Positions 48,670-59,300 of a stretch of 64,000 nt of DNA are shown here, piece by piece (positions within the stretch are counted from its first letter, which is position 1; every line of letters begins with the position of its first letter). This stretch comes from an uncultured bacterium. GTDB taxonomy: Bacteria; Cyanobacteriota; Vampirovibrionia; Gastranaerophilales; Gastranaerophilaceae. The stretch is taken from contig CAWIVJ010000013.1 of NCBI GenBank assembly GCA_963839525.1, positions 3,183 through 67,182 on the forward strand, in the 5' to 3' direction. The position numbers and the translations under genes were made by a program. The notes under the pieces are model-generated. The model ran no database searches. It had not been told where the DNA came from and worked only from the letters and a program-made list of their open reading frames with translations.

Positions 48670-49887
48670 ATGCAAGAATTTAAACTGAAAAATAATATAA
48701 AAGCTGTATATAAACAGAATAAAAACACGCCCAGAGTAGGATTAAGCTTTAATTTTTCAATAAATGAAGCAGAAAAATTACCCGGTGTTTATTGCTTGGT
48801 TAGCAGATTGCTTTTACAAGGAACCAAAAATAGAAATTCTGAGAAACTCGCAAAAGAATTGGATGAGAATGCTATTCAATTTTGCTGTGATATGAAACAG
48901 GATTATTTACGGTTTCATTTTGTTTGTTTGAACGAAGATTTTAAACATGCTATTGAAATTATGGCGGATGTTATTAAAAATTCAATCTTTGAAGAGTTCG
49001 ACAAAGAAAAAATAAAAATGCAGGGTGAAATTACAGCAGAACTCGATTCTGCAAGAGTTAAAGCTATTGATAATTATTATAAAACACTATATGAGGGGCA
49101 TTTTTACGGACATACTTATACAAAAATGCTTGAATACCTTGACAAAATAACAAAAGAAGATGTTATTGAAGCTTATGAAAAAATAGTTTTAACAAGCAAA
49201 AAAGTTTTATCTTTTGTAGGAGATCTTGGCTTTGAAGAAGTAAATGGGATATTAAATAAAAATTTAGGAGATATTGAAAATTCAAGTCCGCAAGAAAAGT
49301 CTATTCCAATACCTATTTTAAAAGAGAAAAAAACTGCTGAAATAGTTAAAAATGATGTTAAACAGGCACAAATTATTCAGGGTTGGATTATGCCTACTTT
49401 TAACAGCGAAGATTATCCTGCATTAATACTTTTAAATGTGATTTTGGGTTCTGCCGGACTTTCTTCAAGGCTTTTTCTTGAATTAAGAGATAAAAAAGGG
49501 CTTGCATATCATGTCAGAAGTTCTTACGAAACAAATGAAAAATGTGCAAATTTTAGCATTTATATCGCTACCGAACCTAAAAATGTTCAAGTTTGTCTTG
49601 AAGGATTCAAAACAGAAACAGAAAAATTAAAAAAATTCCCTGTTTTACAAAAAGAGCTTAGCGATGCTAAAAATAACATTATAGGAAAGCAGCAGTTTGT
49701 AACGGAAACAAACGCTCAGCAGGCAAATCAGCTTGCATATTATGGAATTATGGGACTTGGTTTTGATTTTCAGGATAAAATTCTTAACAAAATAAAAAAA
49801 GTTACACCTGAACAAATTCAAGATTGCGCAAATAAGTATTTTTCAGATAAATTTGTTGTTTCCATCCTAAAACCTGAAATTAATTGA
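48670..49887 (+). CDS. M16 (pitrilysin) family peptidase-like protein lacking the HxxEH zinc motif
   Basis: Overall M16 layout. The expected HxxEH position reads GVYCLVSRLLLQGT. Confidence 0.75.
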   Translation: MQEFKLKNNIKAVYKQNKNTPRVGLSFNFSINEAEKLPGVYCLVSRLLLQGTKNRNSEKLAKELDENAIQFCCDMKQDYLRFHFVCLNEDFKHAIEIMADVIKNSIFEEFDKEKIKMQGEITAELDSARVKAIDNYYKTLYEGHFYGHTYTKMLEYLDKITKEDVIEAYEKIVLTSKKVLSFVGDLGFEEVNGILNKNLGDIENSSPQEKSIPIPILKEKKTAEIVKNDVKQAQIIQGWIMPTFNSEDYPALILLNVILGSAGLSSRLFLELRDKKGLAYHVRSSYETNEKCANFSIYIATEPKNVQVCLEGFKTETEKLKKFPVLQKELSDAKNNIIGKQQFVTETNAQQANQLAYYGIMGLGFDFQDKILNKIKKVTPEQIQDCANKYFSDKFVVSILKPEIN

Positions 49888-50693
49888 AAAACACCTTTTA
49901 ATTCAAAATAATAACCTTGCTCAAGCAGTTCAAAAAATCTTTTTGTTGTATGAGGCGCGAGTGCGCGCACTCGCGCCTCATCGATGTAAATCCCTTCAAC
50001 AAGCCTTGCAAAAAGTTCTGCCGGTTTTGAATAATATTTATTTATTCGATTTATTCTTGCTGAAATACGTGCTTGTTTTTTTTGCGCTGATTTTAACCTG
50101 ATATAAGCACAAAAAGCTTTTGGCATATCCGGAAAATCATGTTCTAAGTTATCGATAGAAAAAATTTCTATATGTCTTAAAAATGTAGATATAACTTTAA
50201 TCCTGTCATATTTTAATAAATATTTTGCTTTGGTTTTTTTTATGTATTTATCAAATTCTCTAAATTTTTTTGAACGCATAAAATTCGGATAATCTTTTTT
50301 AATTTGCGCTTCAAAAATTTTTATTTTATTTTTAACTTGTTTTTTATGTTCGTGTAATTTTAGACAAAGTGAATTTTCATCAACGAAGCGGGTTATTGAG
50401 ATTAGTTCTTTTTCAATAATTGAAGTGTGAAAATCGGAGGGTGAATATAGAGAGGAATTAATATTGAACAATATTTCTAATCCGCCACCTGTTCTAACCA
50501 TATCAGGCTCTAATTTATTATGAATAAAATGCGAAAATTCATGCAAAAGAGTCGGTATAATACGTTCTTCTTTTGTATGTTTAGAAATATCAATACGGTT
50601 CCTTAGGAAAAATCCTTGATGTCCCCGTGCTTTAGTATTTGTGTAAACTTCAATTCCCAGTGATTTAAAGTATTTTATTAATTGTTTTTTCAT
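49818..50693 (-). CDS. hypothetical zincin-like protein (HExxH)
   Basis: LLHEFSHFIH motif; no family recognised. The 3' end overlaps the convergent M16 gene by 70 bp. Confidence 0.5.
   Translation of the reverse strand: MKKQLIKYFKSLGIEVYTNTKARGHQGFFLRNRIDISKHTKEERIIPTLLHEFSHFIHNKLEPDMVRTGGGLEILFNINSSLYSPSDFHTSIIEKELISITRFVDENSLCLKLHEHKKQVKNKIKIFEAQIKKDYPNFMRSKKFREFDKYIKKTKAKYLLKYDRIKVISTFLRHIEIFSIDNLEHDFPDMPKAFCAYIRLKSAQKKQARISARINRINKYYSKPAELFARLVEGIYIDEARVRALAPHTTKRFFELLEQGYYFELKGVFQLISGFRMETTNLSEKYLFAQS
49950..49981. repeat. 32-bp perfect GC-rich palindrome inside the CDS
   Basis: ATGAGGCGCGAGTGCG|CGCACTCGCGCCTCAT, verified base by base. Translated (minus) as DEARVRALAPH. Confidence 0.95.
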
Positions 50694-50775
50694 GTTTCTC
50701 TAAAAATATTTGCTTATATGTATTTTACCATATAAAGCAGTTTAGGGCATGGTTTAAGAAATAAAATTTCTTATG

Positions 50776-51318
50776 TTATTTCTTAGAAATAAATTTATTA
50801 TTCTTTACATAAAACCGCCAAGGGTAATCCGCAGCTTTTTTAATCCCAATTCTTGTTGTAGTATGAATTTTGTTCTTGGGAATTTCTATCCCTTTTTCAA
50901 TCCAAATACAGGAATTTTTACAAGTCAAATCAATTTCATTAAGTTTTTTTGTAATTTCAAGTTCACGGCAAAGTTTTGCAGGTCCGTTAGTTCCCAAAAG
51001 TTCTCCTATAGGCTCTAATGCCCTGATTAATACAGCTCCTGCTGTTTCTTCTTGTTCTGTAACAACATTAAAACAATGATGCATCCCATAAGTAAAGTAA
51101 ACATAAGCAATTCCCGGTTTTTTAAAAAGAGTTACGGCTCTGGGGGTTTTTCCTCTAAAAGCATGGCAGGCCGGATCATCTTGAGTGTAAGCTTCTGTTT
51201 CAACAATTATACCCGACAAAATTTTTCCGTTGACTTTTCGGCAAAGCTTATAACCAAGCAAATCTTTAGCTACTTCAAGAGTATTTCTGTTATAAAAATC
51301 ACGTTCCGGCAAGCTCAT
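50776..51318 (-). CDS. DNA-3-methyladenine glycosylase (Mpg/AAG family)
   Basis: FYNRNTLEVAKDLLGYKL...VETEAYTQDDPACHAFRGKTPR...YFTYGMHHCFNVV. Start set to ATG 51318 (MSLPERDF). Confidence 0.8.
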   Translation of the reverse strand: MSLPERDFYNRNTLEVAKDLLGYKLCRKVNGKILSGIIVETEAYTQDDPACHAFRGKTPRAVTLFKKPGIAYVYFTYGMHHCFNVVTEQEETAGAVLIRALEPIGELLGTNGPAKLCRELEITKKLNEIDLTCKNSCIWIEKGIEIPKNKIHTTTRIGIKKAADYPWRFYVKNNKFISKK

Positions 51319-51328
51319 ATAGTTTATT

Positions 51329-51655
51329 TTACACCTCTCTCGTTTCATGACTAATCCACTCAAAATAAGTTTTATCACCATCAATAATCGGCATTGCAAT
51401 AACCTCAGGAACATTATATGAGTGTAATTTTTGTATGGAGATGTTAACCTTATCAAACAGCTCTTTTCTTGTTTTAATTACCAAGAGAGCTTCTTTTTCT
51501 TCGCACATTTCACCATCCCAGGAAAAAATCGATTCAATTTTATCAACAATGTTTACACATGAAGCCAACTTATGTCTGACAATTGTTCTGGCTATTTCAC
51601 GCCCCTCTTTTTTATTGGGAACAGTACAGTAAATTATAATGTATTCCATTTTCAC
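51329..51655 (-). CDS. cutA: divalent-cation tolerance protein CutA
   Basis: ASCVNIV...SIFSWDGEM...LVIKT...HSYNVPEVIAMPI pattern. Confidence 0.85.
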   Translation of the reverse strand: MKMEYIIIYCTVPNKKEGREIARTIVRHKLASCVNIVDKIESIFSWDGEMCEEKEALLVIKTRKELFDKVNISIQKLHSYNVPEVIAMPIIDGDKTYFEWISHETREV

Positions 51656-51666
51656 CTCTATTATCC

Positions 51667-51791
51667 GTCATCCTGAATTTGTTTGACTGCTTTTGCCGTT
51701 GAGCTTGTGAAACGTGGCAAAATGCTTAGTTTTCTACAGGATCTATCCAGCATGCAAAGCTGGTGAGATGCTGAAATAAATTCAGCATGAC
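51667..51791. repeat. REP/MITE-like element, copy E (expanded to 125 bp with nested hairpins)
   Basis: Terminal arms GTCATCCTGAATTTGTTTGAC and GATGCTGAAATAAATTCAGCATGAC. Internal hairpins TTTTGCC..GGCAAAA and CCAGC-ATGCAAA-GCTGG. It starts 3 nt after the oxidase stop codon. Confidence 0.6.
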
Positions 51792-51793
51792 AA

Positions 51794-53179
51794 TTATTGT
51801 GTACCAAATATTTTTTGCGGATTAAGTATATTTTTCTCATCAAAAACATTCTTGATTTTTTTCATATATTCTAATGTTACCTCATCAATAGCATTTGTCA
51901 TGTATTTTGATTTTTCGCATCCTATACCATGTTCGCCTGAAAGAGTTCCTCCTAAATCAATTGCAAGCTGATGAATTTCATCTTTCGTTTTTGCATAATT
52001 TTTGACATCCTCTTCATCGTTTAAGTCAAGCGGAATATTCGGGTGAATGTTTCCATCTCCGATATGCCCCATTATACATACAAGAAGATTATTTTTATCA
52101 CAAATCTTTCTTATTCCTTTAACTAATTGAGCAATTTTTTCTCTGGGAACAACGATATCTTCAGCAACAACATTAGGTTTTAGCTTTGCACAAGCTGCAA
52201 AAGCGCTTCTGCGTGCTGTCCAAATCCGTATAGCATCTTCTTCTGTTTGTGAAAATTGAATTTCAGCTGCACCTGATTTTCTGCAAATATCTATAATTTT
52301 ATTTTGCTGATATTCAAGTGAAGTTAAATACCCGTCAACCTCTAAAAGCAAAGCCGCATCTTTGTCTGTTAAAAGCCCTGCAGGGTAAAATTGCTCTATA
52401 GTTTGCAGAGTTTTTTTGTCCATAATATCAAGAGTTGCAGGCATGAGCTTATTTTGTAAAATAACATTTACTGCGTGTGTTGCATCCGAAATTTTATCAA
52501 AATAGGCAAGAACAACTTTAGAACCTTCAGGTTTCGGAATTAATTTTACTAACGCTTCAGCTACAATGCCCAATGTTCCTTCCGAGCCGATAAAAAGTTG
52601 GGAAAGATGGTATCCTGTAGAATTTTTAGCTGTATTTGAGCCGGTTTTGATTATTTTGCCGTCAGCTAAAACTATTTTCAAATCAATTACATAATCTTTT
52701 GTTGAGCCGTACTTAAAAGTTCGCGGTCCCCCCGATGAAAGGGCAATACTGCCGCCAATGGTTGAAACACTTAAATTTGAAGGGTCCGGAGGGTAGAAAA
52801 GCCCGAGTTTTTCGACTTCTTGTTGTAATTTCCCTACAACAACGCCGGGTTGAACTCTTGCAGTTAAATTTTCCTGATTAATCTCTAAAATCTTGTTCAT
52901 TTTAGAAAAATTTAAAACAATTCCGCCTTTTTTCACAATACAGGCTCCGACAAGGTTAGTTCCTGCTCCGCGCGCTACTACTGGAATATTCTTTTCCCAA
53001 GCAAGCCTTACAATTTTTTGAACCTGCTGTGTTGTTTCAACAAATACAATAACATCGGGCAAATTTTCAATATTTTGTTTGTTTGTTGCATCAAGTGCGT
53101 AAACATAACGTTCTTCCAAGTCGATCAATACATTTTTTGAAGAAACAATTTTTTTAATTTGTTCGATTATTTTTTTCAC
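51794..53179 (-). CDS. FAD-linked oxidase (GlcD / D-lactate dehydrogenase family)
   Basis: FAD_binding_4-type N-domain (VVARGAGTNLVGA) and C-terminal GTLSGEHGIG. Confidence 0.85.
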   Translation of the reverse strand: MKKIIEQIKKIVSSKNVLIDLEERYVYALDATNKQNIENLPDVIVFVETTQQVQKIVRLAWEKNIPVVARGAGTNLVGACIVKKGGIVLNFSKMNKILEINQENLTARVQPGVVVGKLQQEVEKLGLFYPPDPSNLSVSTIGGSIALSSGGPRTFKYGSTKDYVIDLKIVLADGKIIKTGSNTAKNSTGYHLSQLFIGSEGTLGIVAEALVKLIPKPEGSKVVLAYFDKISDATHAVNVILQNKLMPATLDIMDKKTLQTIEQFYPAGLLTDKDAALLLEVDGYLTSLEYQQNKIIDICRKSGAAEIQFSQTEEDAIRIWTARRSAFAACAKLKPNVVAEDIVVPREKIAQLVKGIRKICDKNNLLVCIMGHIGDGNIHPNIPLDLNDEEDVKNYAKTKDEIHQLAIDLGGTLSGEHGIGCEKSKYMTNAIDEVTLEYMKKIKNVFDEKNILNPQKIFGTQ

Positions 53180-53261
53180 TCTTTAATTATACAAGAAGCG
53201 ATAATTTTTGTATAATATTAAGAATTGTAAACTCATATTTTAAAGCACCGAAAAGCAACAA

Positions 53262-53297
53262 TAAAAAAAGTCGGGCAAGTATGCCTGACTTTTTTTA
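53262..53297. terminator. bidirectional intrinsic terminator after the giant gene
   Basis: A-run, AGTCGGGCA-AGTA-TGCCTGACT (one G-U pair), then T-run. Confidence 0.6.
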
Positions 53298-53305
53298 TTA
53301 TTACA

Positions 53306-56300
53306 TTATTCATCAACGTAGGAAGTTATTTTTTCTATACTTTTACCCAATTTAACAAGCTGTTTATCAATATTATCAACTTTTCTAGTTAATTTTGTAT
53401 CTACACCTGTTTCAGGAAGTTCGACCTTGCCTAAAACCTCTTGAACAAGAGATTTTAAATCAGTTTCTTTTGAAGGTTTTGCTTTAGTTAATTTTTCTAT
53501 TTTTACTTCAAGAGATTTAATTTTTTCTTCCTGCCTGTCAAATTTTTTGAAGAATTTATCCAAAAGTTTTTCAATATCGGTTGTTTTTACCATAGATTGT
53601 TTTATGTAGTTAATATTTTCATCAGCCTTATCTATCCATTCTGCGAGATACATAAAGGACTGATTAAAAATTTTGTCTGACTGAACGTTTGATAATAAAA
53701 CGTTATTAATATTATCAAGTCTTTTTTCAATTTTACCGATAGGTTCTTTATTGTCTAAATATTTTACCCTTTTTTCAAATTGATAAATAATATTTTTTAA
53801 ATCTTCTAAATTATTTTTTAAAACAGCATGTGATTCATCAGAATTTAATAAAATTTTATTAGTTCTGGTGCTTATACTTGTTATATCTTCACTTATTTTA
53901 TCCAAACCGCTAAAATCTCCGGTAGCGGCAGCAACAGTGCCTTTTGATTCTGAAAGTTCTTTCAAAATTAGTCTGACTTTTGCAATATCGGATTCAATAT
54001 CCTGCAAAGTATAAGAATAATCGGATTCTTTTTCAGAAGATTTGCTTGTGAGTTGGATGCATTTTTTAATTTCTTCTGTTTTTTCACTTACAAAATCTTT
54101 AATGTCCTCTGATTCGGATTCAAAAGAAATTTGATTAAAGAAATTTATAAGCCCTTCCCAGAGATCTTCTTTAAATAAAGTTAATTCGGAGTTTAACTCT
54201 TCTTTAATATTTTGTTCTCCCGGGGCAACATTTTTTTGCTTAAAATTCTCTATTTTTTCTTCAAAATCTTTGAGAGAATCTTGAATCTCTGATTTTATAT
54301 TTGCCAAAGTGCTTAATTCTGTCAAATTTTCTGTTTTTTCAATGCTTTCAAGTTTATTTATAAGAGATTCCTGAGAACTGAGCATTTGCTTAATGTCTTT
54401 GATATTTTCTTCAATTTCCGGGTTGGAATCTACTTTTAAAGAATCAAGTTTTTGATTTATTGTCTCTAATTCCTGTTTGACATTTTCTAAACCTTCTCCT
54501 GTCTCTGAAACAGTAGAAAGAGGAGAAACTTGAGTTTCAGGCAAAGAATCGAGTTTTTGGCTTATGGCTTCGATTTTTTCTGCTATTTCGTTTTTAGAGT
54601 TTTCTATTACTTCGTTAAAATCAAGATTTTTAAATTGCTCTTCGATTTTTTCAAGGTTTTCATCAAAATTAATTTGGTCAAGTTTATTTTGAATAGAACT
54701 TATTTCTTCTTGAATGTTAACTAAATTAGCAGATAACTCCATGCTTGAATTCAAACTAAGATCAACATAACTTTCTTTTAGTTCTGCTAAAGCTGATTTA
54801 ATATCTCCCAGTTTAATATTGACTTCTTTTCCCTGATTATCAAAATTAAATTCAAATTTATCAAGCTTTTCATTAATATCGTCATTTATAGATGTTTTCA
54901 AATTTTCCAAATGACATTCAATTTCTTCCGTTTTGCCAAGAAGATCTTTTATTTCTTGATTATCTTCTATTTTAGATAAAATCTTATTTTGTGCATCTTT
55001 AAATAAGTCATCAATATAGTTTTCGATTCCTTTATTGAAATCTTTTAGGTCCTCTTTAACACTTATTGACTTTATAGAATCTTCAATATTATCCGAAATT
55101 TCTAAAAACTTATCAAAAACTTCTGTTTTTAATTCTTCTAAACTTTGAGAAATTTCCTGTTTATTATCAAAAACTTCCATAAAAGATTTCAAGCTATCAA
55201 TACTATCATCAACTTTTTCATAAAAATTAAGTTTGATATCAGAAAGTAAAGATTGTGTTGATGTTTTATAATTTTCTTCAGACAAATTAATTTTATCTTC
55301 AAGACTCTCCGAAAGCGTTTTAATAGCGGAGTTTAATTCTTCAATTTTTTCAGAATTTTCTTTTATTGGCTTTTTTTCTTCTGAAAAAGAATCTAAAACT
55401 TCTTTCACGATTTTAATGTTTTCTTCAAGCTCTTTTAAAATTGTTGATTCTGTTTTCTCATGTGTTTCAGATATTTTGTCTAAAATAAAGGTTTTTATAT
55501 CATTTTGAGCTTGAAAAATATCAATTAAAAGCTCCGACTTATCTTTGTCTTTTAATTCTTCTATTTTACTTAAAATTGTTACCTTAACTTTATCTTGTTC
55601 TTGTAAAAAACCTTCTAAAGCGTCTGGTTTTATCTCACTTTTTAATTCTTCTATCTTGTCTAAAATAACTGTCTTTATTTTATCTTGCTCTTGAATAATA
55701 TCTTCTAAAGCATCCGGTTTTGTCTCATACTTTAGCTCATCTATTTTATCTAAAATAATTTCTTTTATTTCATTCTGTACTTGAATAATACTTTCGAAGT
55801 CTTTTAATTCTTCTATTTTTTCTAGAATATCTATTTTTATCTCGCTTTGAGCCTGAAGAATATTTTCAAGATTTTCAGATTTATTTTCATCTTTTAACTC
55901 ATCTATTTTATCTAAGATAACCGTTTTTATATCATTTTGAGCTTGAAAAATATCAATTAAAAGGTCCGATTTATCTTTGTCTTTTAATTCTTCTATTTTA
56001 CTTAAAATTGTTACCTTAACTTTATCTTGTTCTTGTAAAAAACCTTCTAAAGCATCCGGCTTTATTTCATCTTTTAATTCTTCTATTTTATCTAAAATAA
56101 GTGTTTTTATTTTATCTTGCTCTTGAATAATATCTTCTAAGGCATCCGGGTTTGTTTCATATTTTAGCTCATCTATTTTATCTAAAATAACTGTTTTTAT
56201 ATCATTTTGAGCTTGAAAAATATCAATTAAAAGATCTGACTTATCTTCGTTTTTTAATTCTTCTATTTTGCCTAAAATAAATGTTTTGACTTCATTTTGC

Positions 56301-59300
56301 ATTTGAAGAAGATTATCCAAAAAGTCAGGTTTTGTTTCGTCTTTTAATTCTTGTATTTTATCTAAAATAACTGTTTTTATTTCATTTTGGGTTTGAATAA
56401 TATCATCTAAAACATTCGGCTTTAATTCACCTTCAATTTTTAATTCTTCTATTTTGTTTAAAAGGACTGTTTTTACTTCATTTTGCGTTTGAAGAATTTC
56501 TTCTAAAGTATCGGTTTCTCTTTCATCCTTTAATTCTTTTAGCTTACTTAAAATAATTGTTTTTAATCTGTCTTGGGATTGAAGAATATTATCTCCAAAA
56601 ACATTTATTTTTTCTGAAATATCCTCATTTCCTGATGAAAAAAGTTCTTGTGTTGAAGAAGAAAGTTCTTCTGATAAAGAATTAATATTTTCTTTTATTC
56701 CATTTAAAAGTGTTATTTTTGTATTATCTTGTGTCTGGCTTATATTGTCTTCGAGAGAACTAATTTTCTCTAAAATTTCTTCTTTTAACTCCAAAGAAAC
56801 CTCTTTTGTTGAAGAAGAAAGTTCTTCTGATAAAGAATTAAGGTTTTCTTTTATTTTGTTTAAAATACCCGTTTTAGTATTATATTGAGATTGTTCCAAT
56901 TTTTCAGAAATAATACTTTTTAAGTCATCTTGCGATTGGGTTAAAGTATCTTCAAAAATATTCATTTTTTCTGAAAGCTCTTCCTTGACTCCTGAAAAAA
57001 TTTCTTGCGAAGAAGCTGAAAAATCTTTTGCAACAGCTTCAATATCTTCTTTTATTTCATATATTGCAGTACTTGCTTCACTTTGAGAAAAGGTTATTTT
57101 ATCTAAAACAGCATCTTTTGCTTCACCTTGTGCTTGAAGTATTTTATTTACAATACCGGTTGTTGATTTGTTTTGAGACTCTGAAATTTTATCTAAAATT
57201 AAATCTCTTGCTTCATCTTGCGCCTGAAGTAAAACATCTTCAGAAGTATTAACTCTTTCCAGTAACTCTTCTTTCGCTCCGGTAACGATTTCTTGAGTTG
57301 CCACCGAAGAATAATTTAATTCTTCAAGTCTATCGAGAACCGTTCCTAAAATACTGTTAATTGAAGTTATATTTTCAACTTTTTCATTTAAAATAGATTT
57401 TAACTCCACAATATCTTTTGTATTATCTGCATAAACCTTATAAATAATTTTGTCTAATTTAACACTTAAATTTTCAAAATCTTGCGAAAGTTTTTCAAAT
57501 AATTCCTCACTTTCTTTCTTCATATCATCATTAATTGAAGATTTAATTGAAAAGTAAGAATTGTTAATTTGATTTTTAATATCAATAAAAGAATCTTCAA
57601 AGTTTATTTCGGTAACTTTATTAACAGATTCACTGACAGAAATAAGTTTAGTAATAATTTCATTTGTTTTTGCGGTTAAAATCGTTATTAAATCAGTAGT
57701 TGTAAGATTTAACTGCATTTTTACTGCTTCAGTTTTTTCTCCGAGATCCTCAATAATTTCATTCAAAGTTCCGGAAGTAAAGCTTTTATATTCTTTTAAT
57801 TCATTGGAAACAATTTCAAATTTATCCTCTAATGTACTTAAGATACTTTGTAAAGAGTCATTATTTTTTATCGAAAAAGTTTCTTCCAATTGTGAAATAT
57901 CTATTGTAATGCTATTAAATTTTTGTTCTAGGCTGAAAGCTAAATCTTTAAGAGCAGGATCTTCTTTAAGTTTAGTTAAACCCTCTGTCATTGAAGTTAT
58001 TTTTGTTTTTATTTCAAACATTTCCTTAAAGGAATTATCAAGTTTTAAGTCGCTATCTTGCGTGATTTGCCGTGTAAATTCAAAATAATCTGTAAGCTTA
58101 TTTTGTAAATCCAGCAAAGTTAAATTGTAGTTTTCACCATATTGATTCACTACATCTTCAATATTTTCAATAACGTCATTAATTTGATTACTTACATTTT
58201 CACCAATTTCTTGATTTGATTCTCTTAAATCCTCTTTTATTGTGTTTAAATTTACTTTTAATGCAGTAATTTCATACAAAACCTCTTCTTTAAAAGGAGC
58301 GTCTTTTGAGAAAATTCCATTTGCCAGATTTTGAATTTTTTCTCCTACTTCAAGAATATTTTTTGAATTTTCTTCTATTAAAACTTTTTTTTCATTTTCA
58401 AAAGTAGCTTGATTTTCTTTAATTATTTCAGGCAAATTTGAAATTGAATTTTGCATTTCTAAAAAATAACCCTTTAAATCTTCATTAGAGCCTTTTTTTG
58501 CCTCTTCGATTTTATGGTTCAAATTTTGAATGTGCAAAGAAATAGTTTCAAAATCTACCTGCGCATTTTCTTTTAAAAATTCTTTGTGCTCATCAAACTC
58601 TTTTGATAAATCTTCAAAAAGTGAAATTATTTTTACAAGATTAGATTGACTTCTAATGTCAATATTTTCTTCAGCTACACTTAATTTTTGAGAAAACTCT
58701 TCAATATTTGCCTTTAATGACAGTCTTTCGTATTTAGAATTTTGTTCCAAATTTGCACTCACGGATTGAGTCATCTGAGTTAATTCTTCGACAGAAGATT
58801 TTAGTTCTGCAAAATTAACTTCATAACCTCTTGTTAAAACATCCTGTAAAGAGTTTAATTTTAAAGATAATCCGCCCATGATTTCTTTTATTTCAGAAGT
58901 ATTTTCTGTGTAGTTCTGCCCTAATGAATCTTTTACTGTAATTACCTCTTTGGAAAAATCTTTAATAATTGATAATAAATTTGTAAAATACTCTTGAGAG
59001 CCAAGGCTTAAATCTTTTTTGACCTCTTCTATTTTTCTTGCAATATCTTCAAATCCACTGGATACATTTTGTAAATTTTGCAAGGATGATTCGCTTAAAT
59101 TCTCTTTTACTGTCAAAACTTCCTGAAAAACTTTTTCTGCTTCGGAAAGCATAGTTTCTAAATTTCCGTTAGAATTTTGAATCATGACATTGCCGACATT
59201 AACGGCTTCTTCTTTTAAATTTTGCAATTTATCATCAATTACTGCCAAATTTTCAGTATTTTCAATATGCAATGATTTTTTTAATGAAAAAACATTCTCA

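Noticed and set aside
51661-51849. 62-aa ORF (minus) with the peptide ...CHAEFISAS...KQIQDDG
   Set aside because: It is a read-through of the palindromic repeat element and overlaps the 3' end of the oxidase gene. The peptide similarity to the uvrA insert reflects the shared DNA repeat, not a protein family.
55470-56590. Possible intergenic tandem repeat, IS element or CRISPR-like array inside the 53-60 kb region
   Set aside because: All repeats are in-frame within one uninterrupted 2,441-codon ORF and translate to a consistent coiled-coil motif. They are coding repeats.
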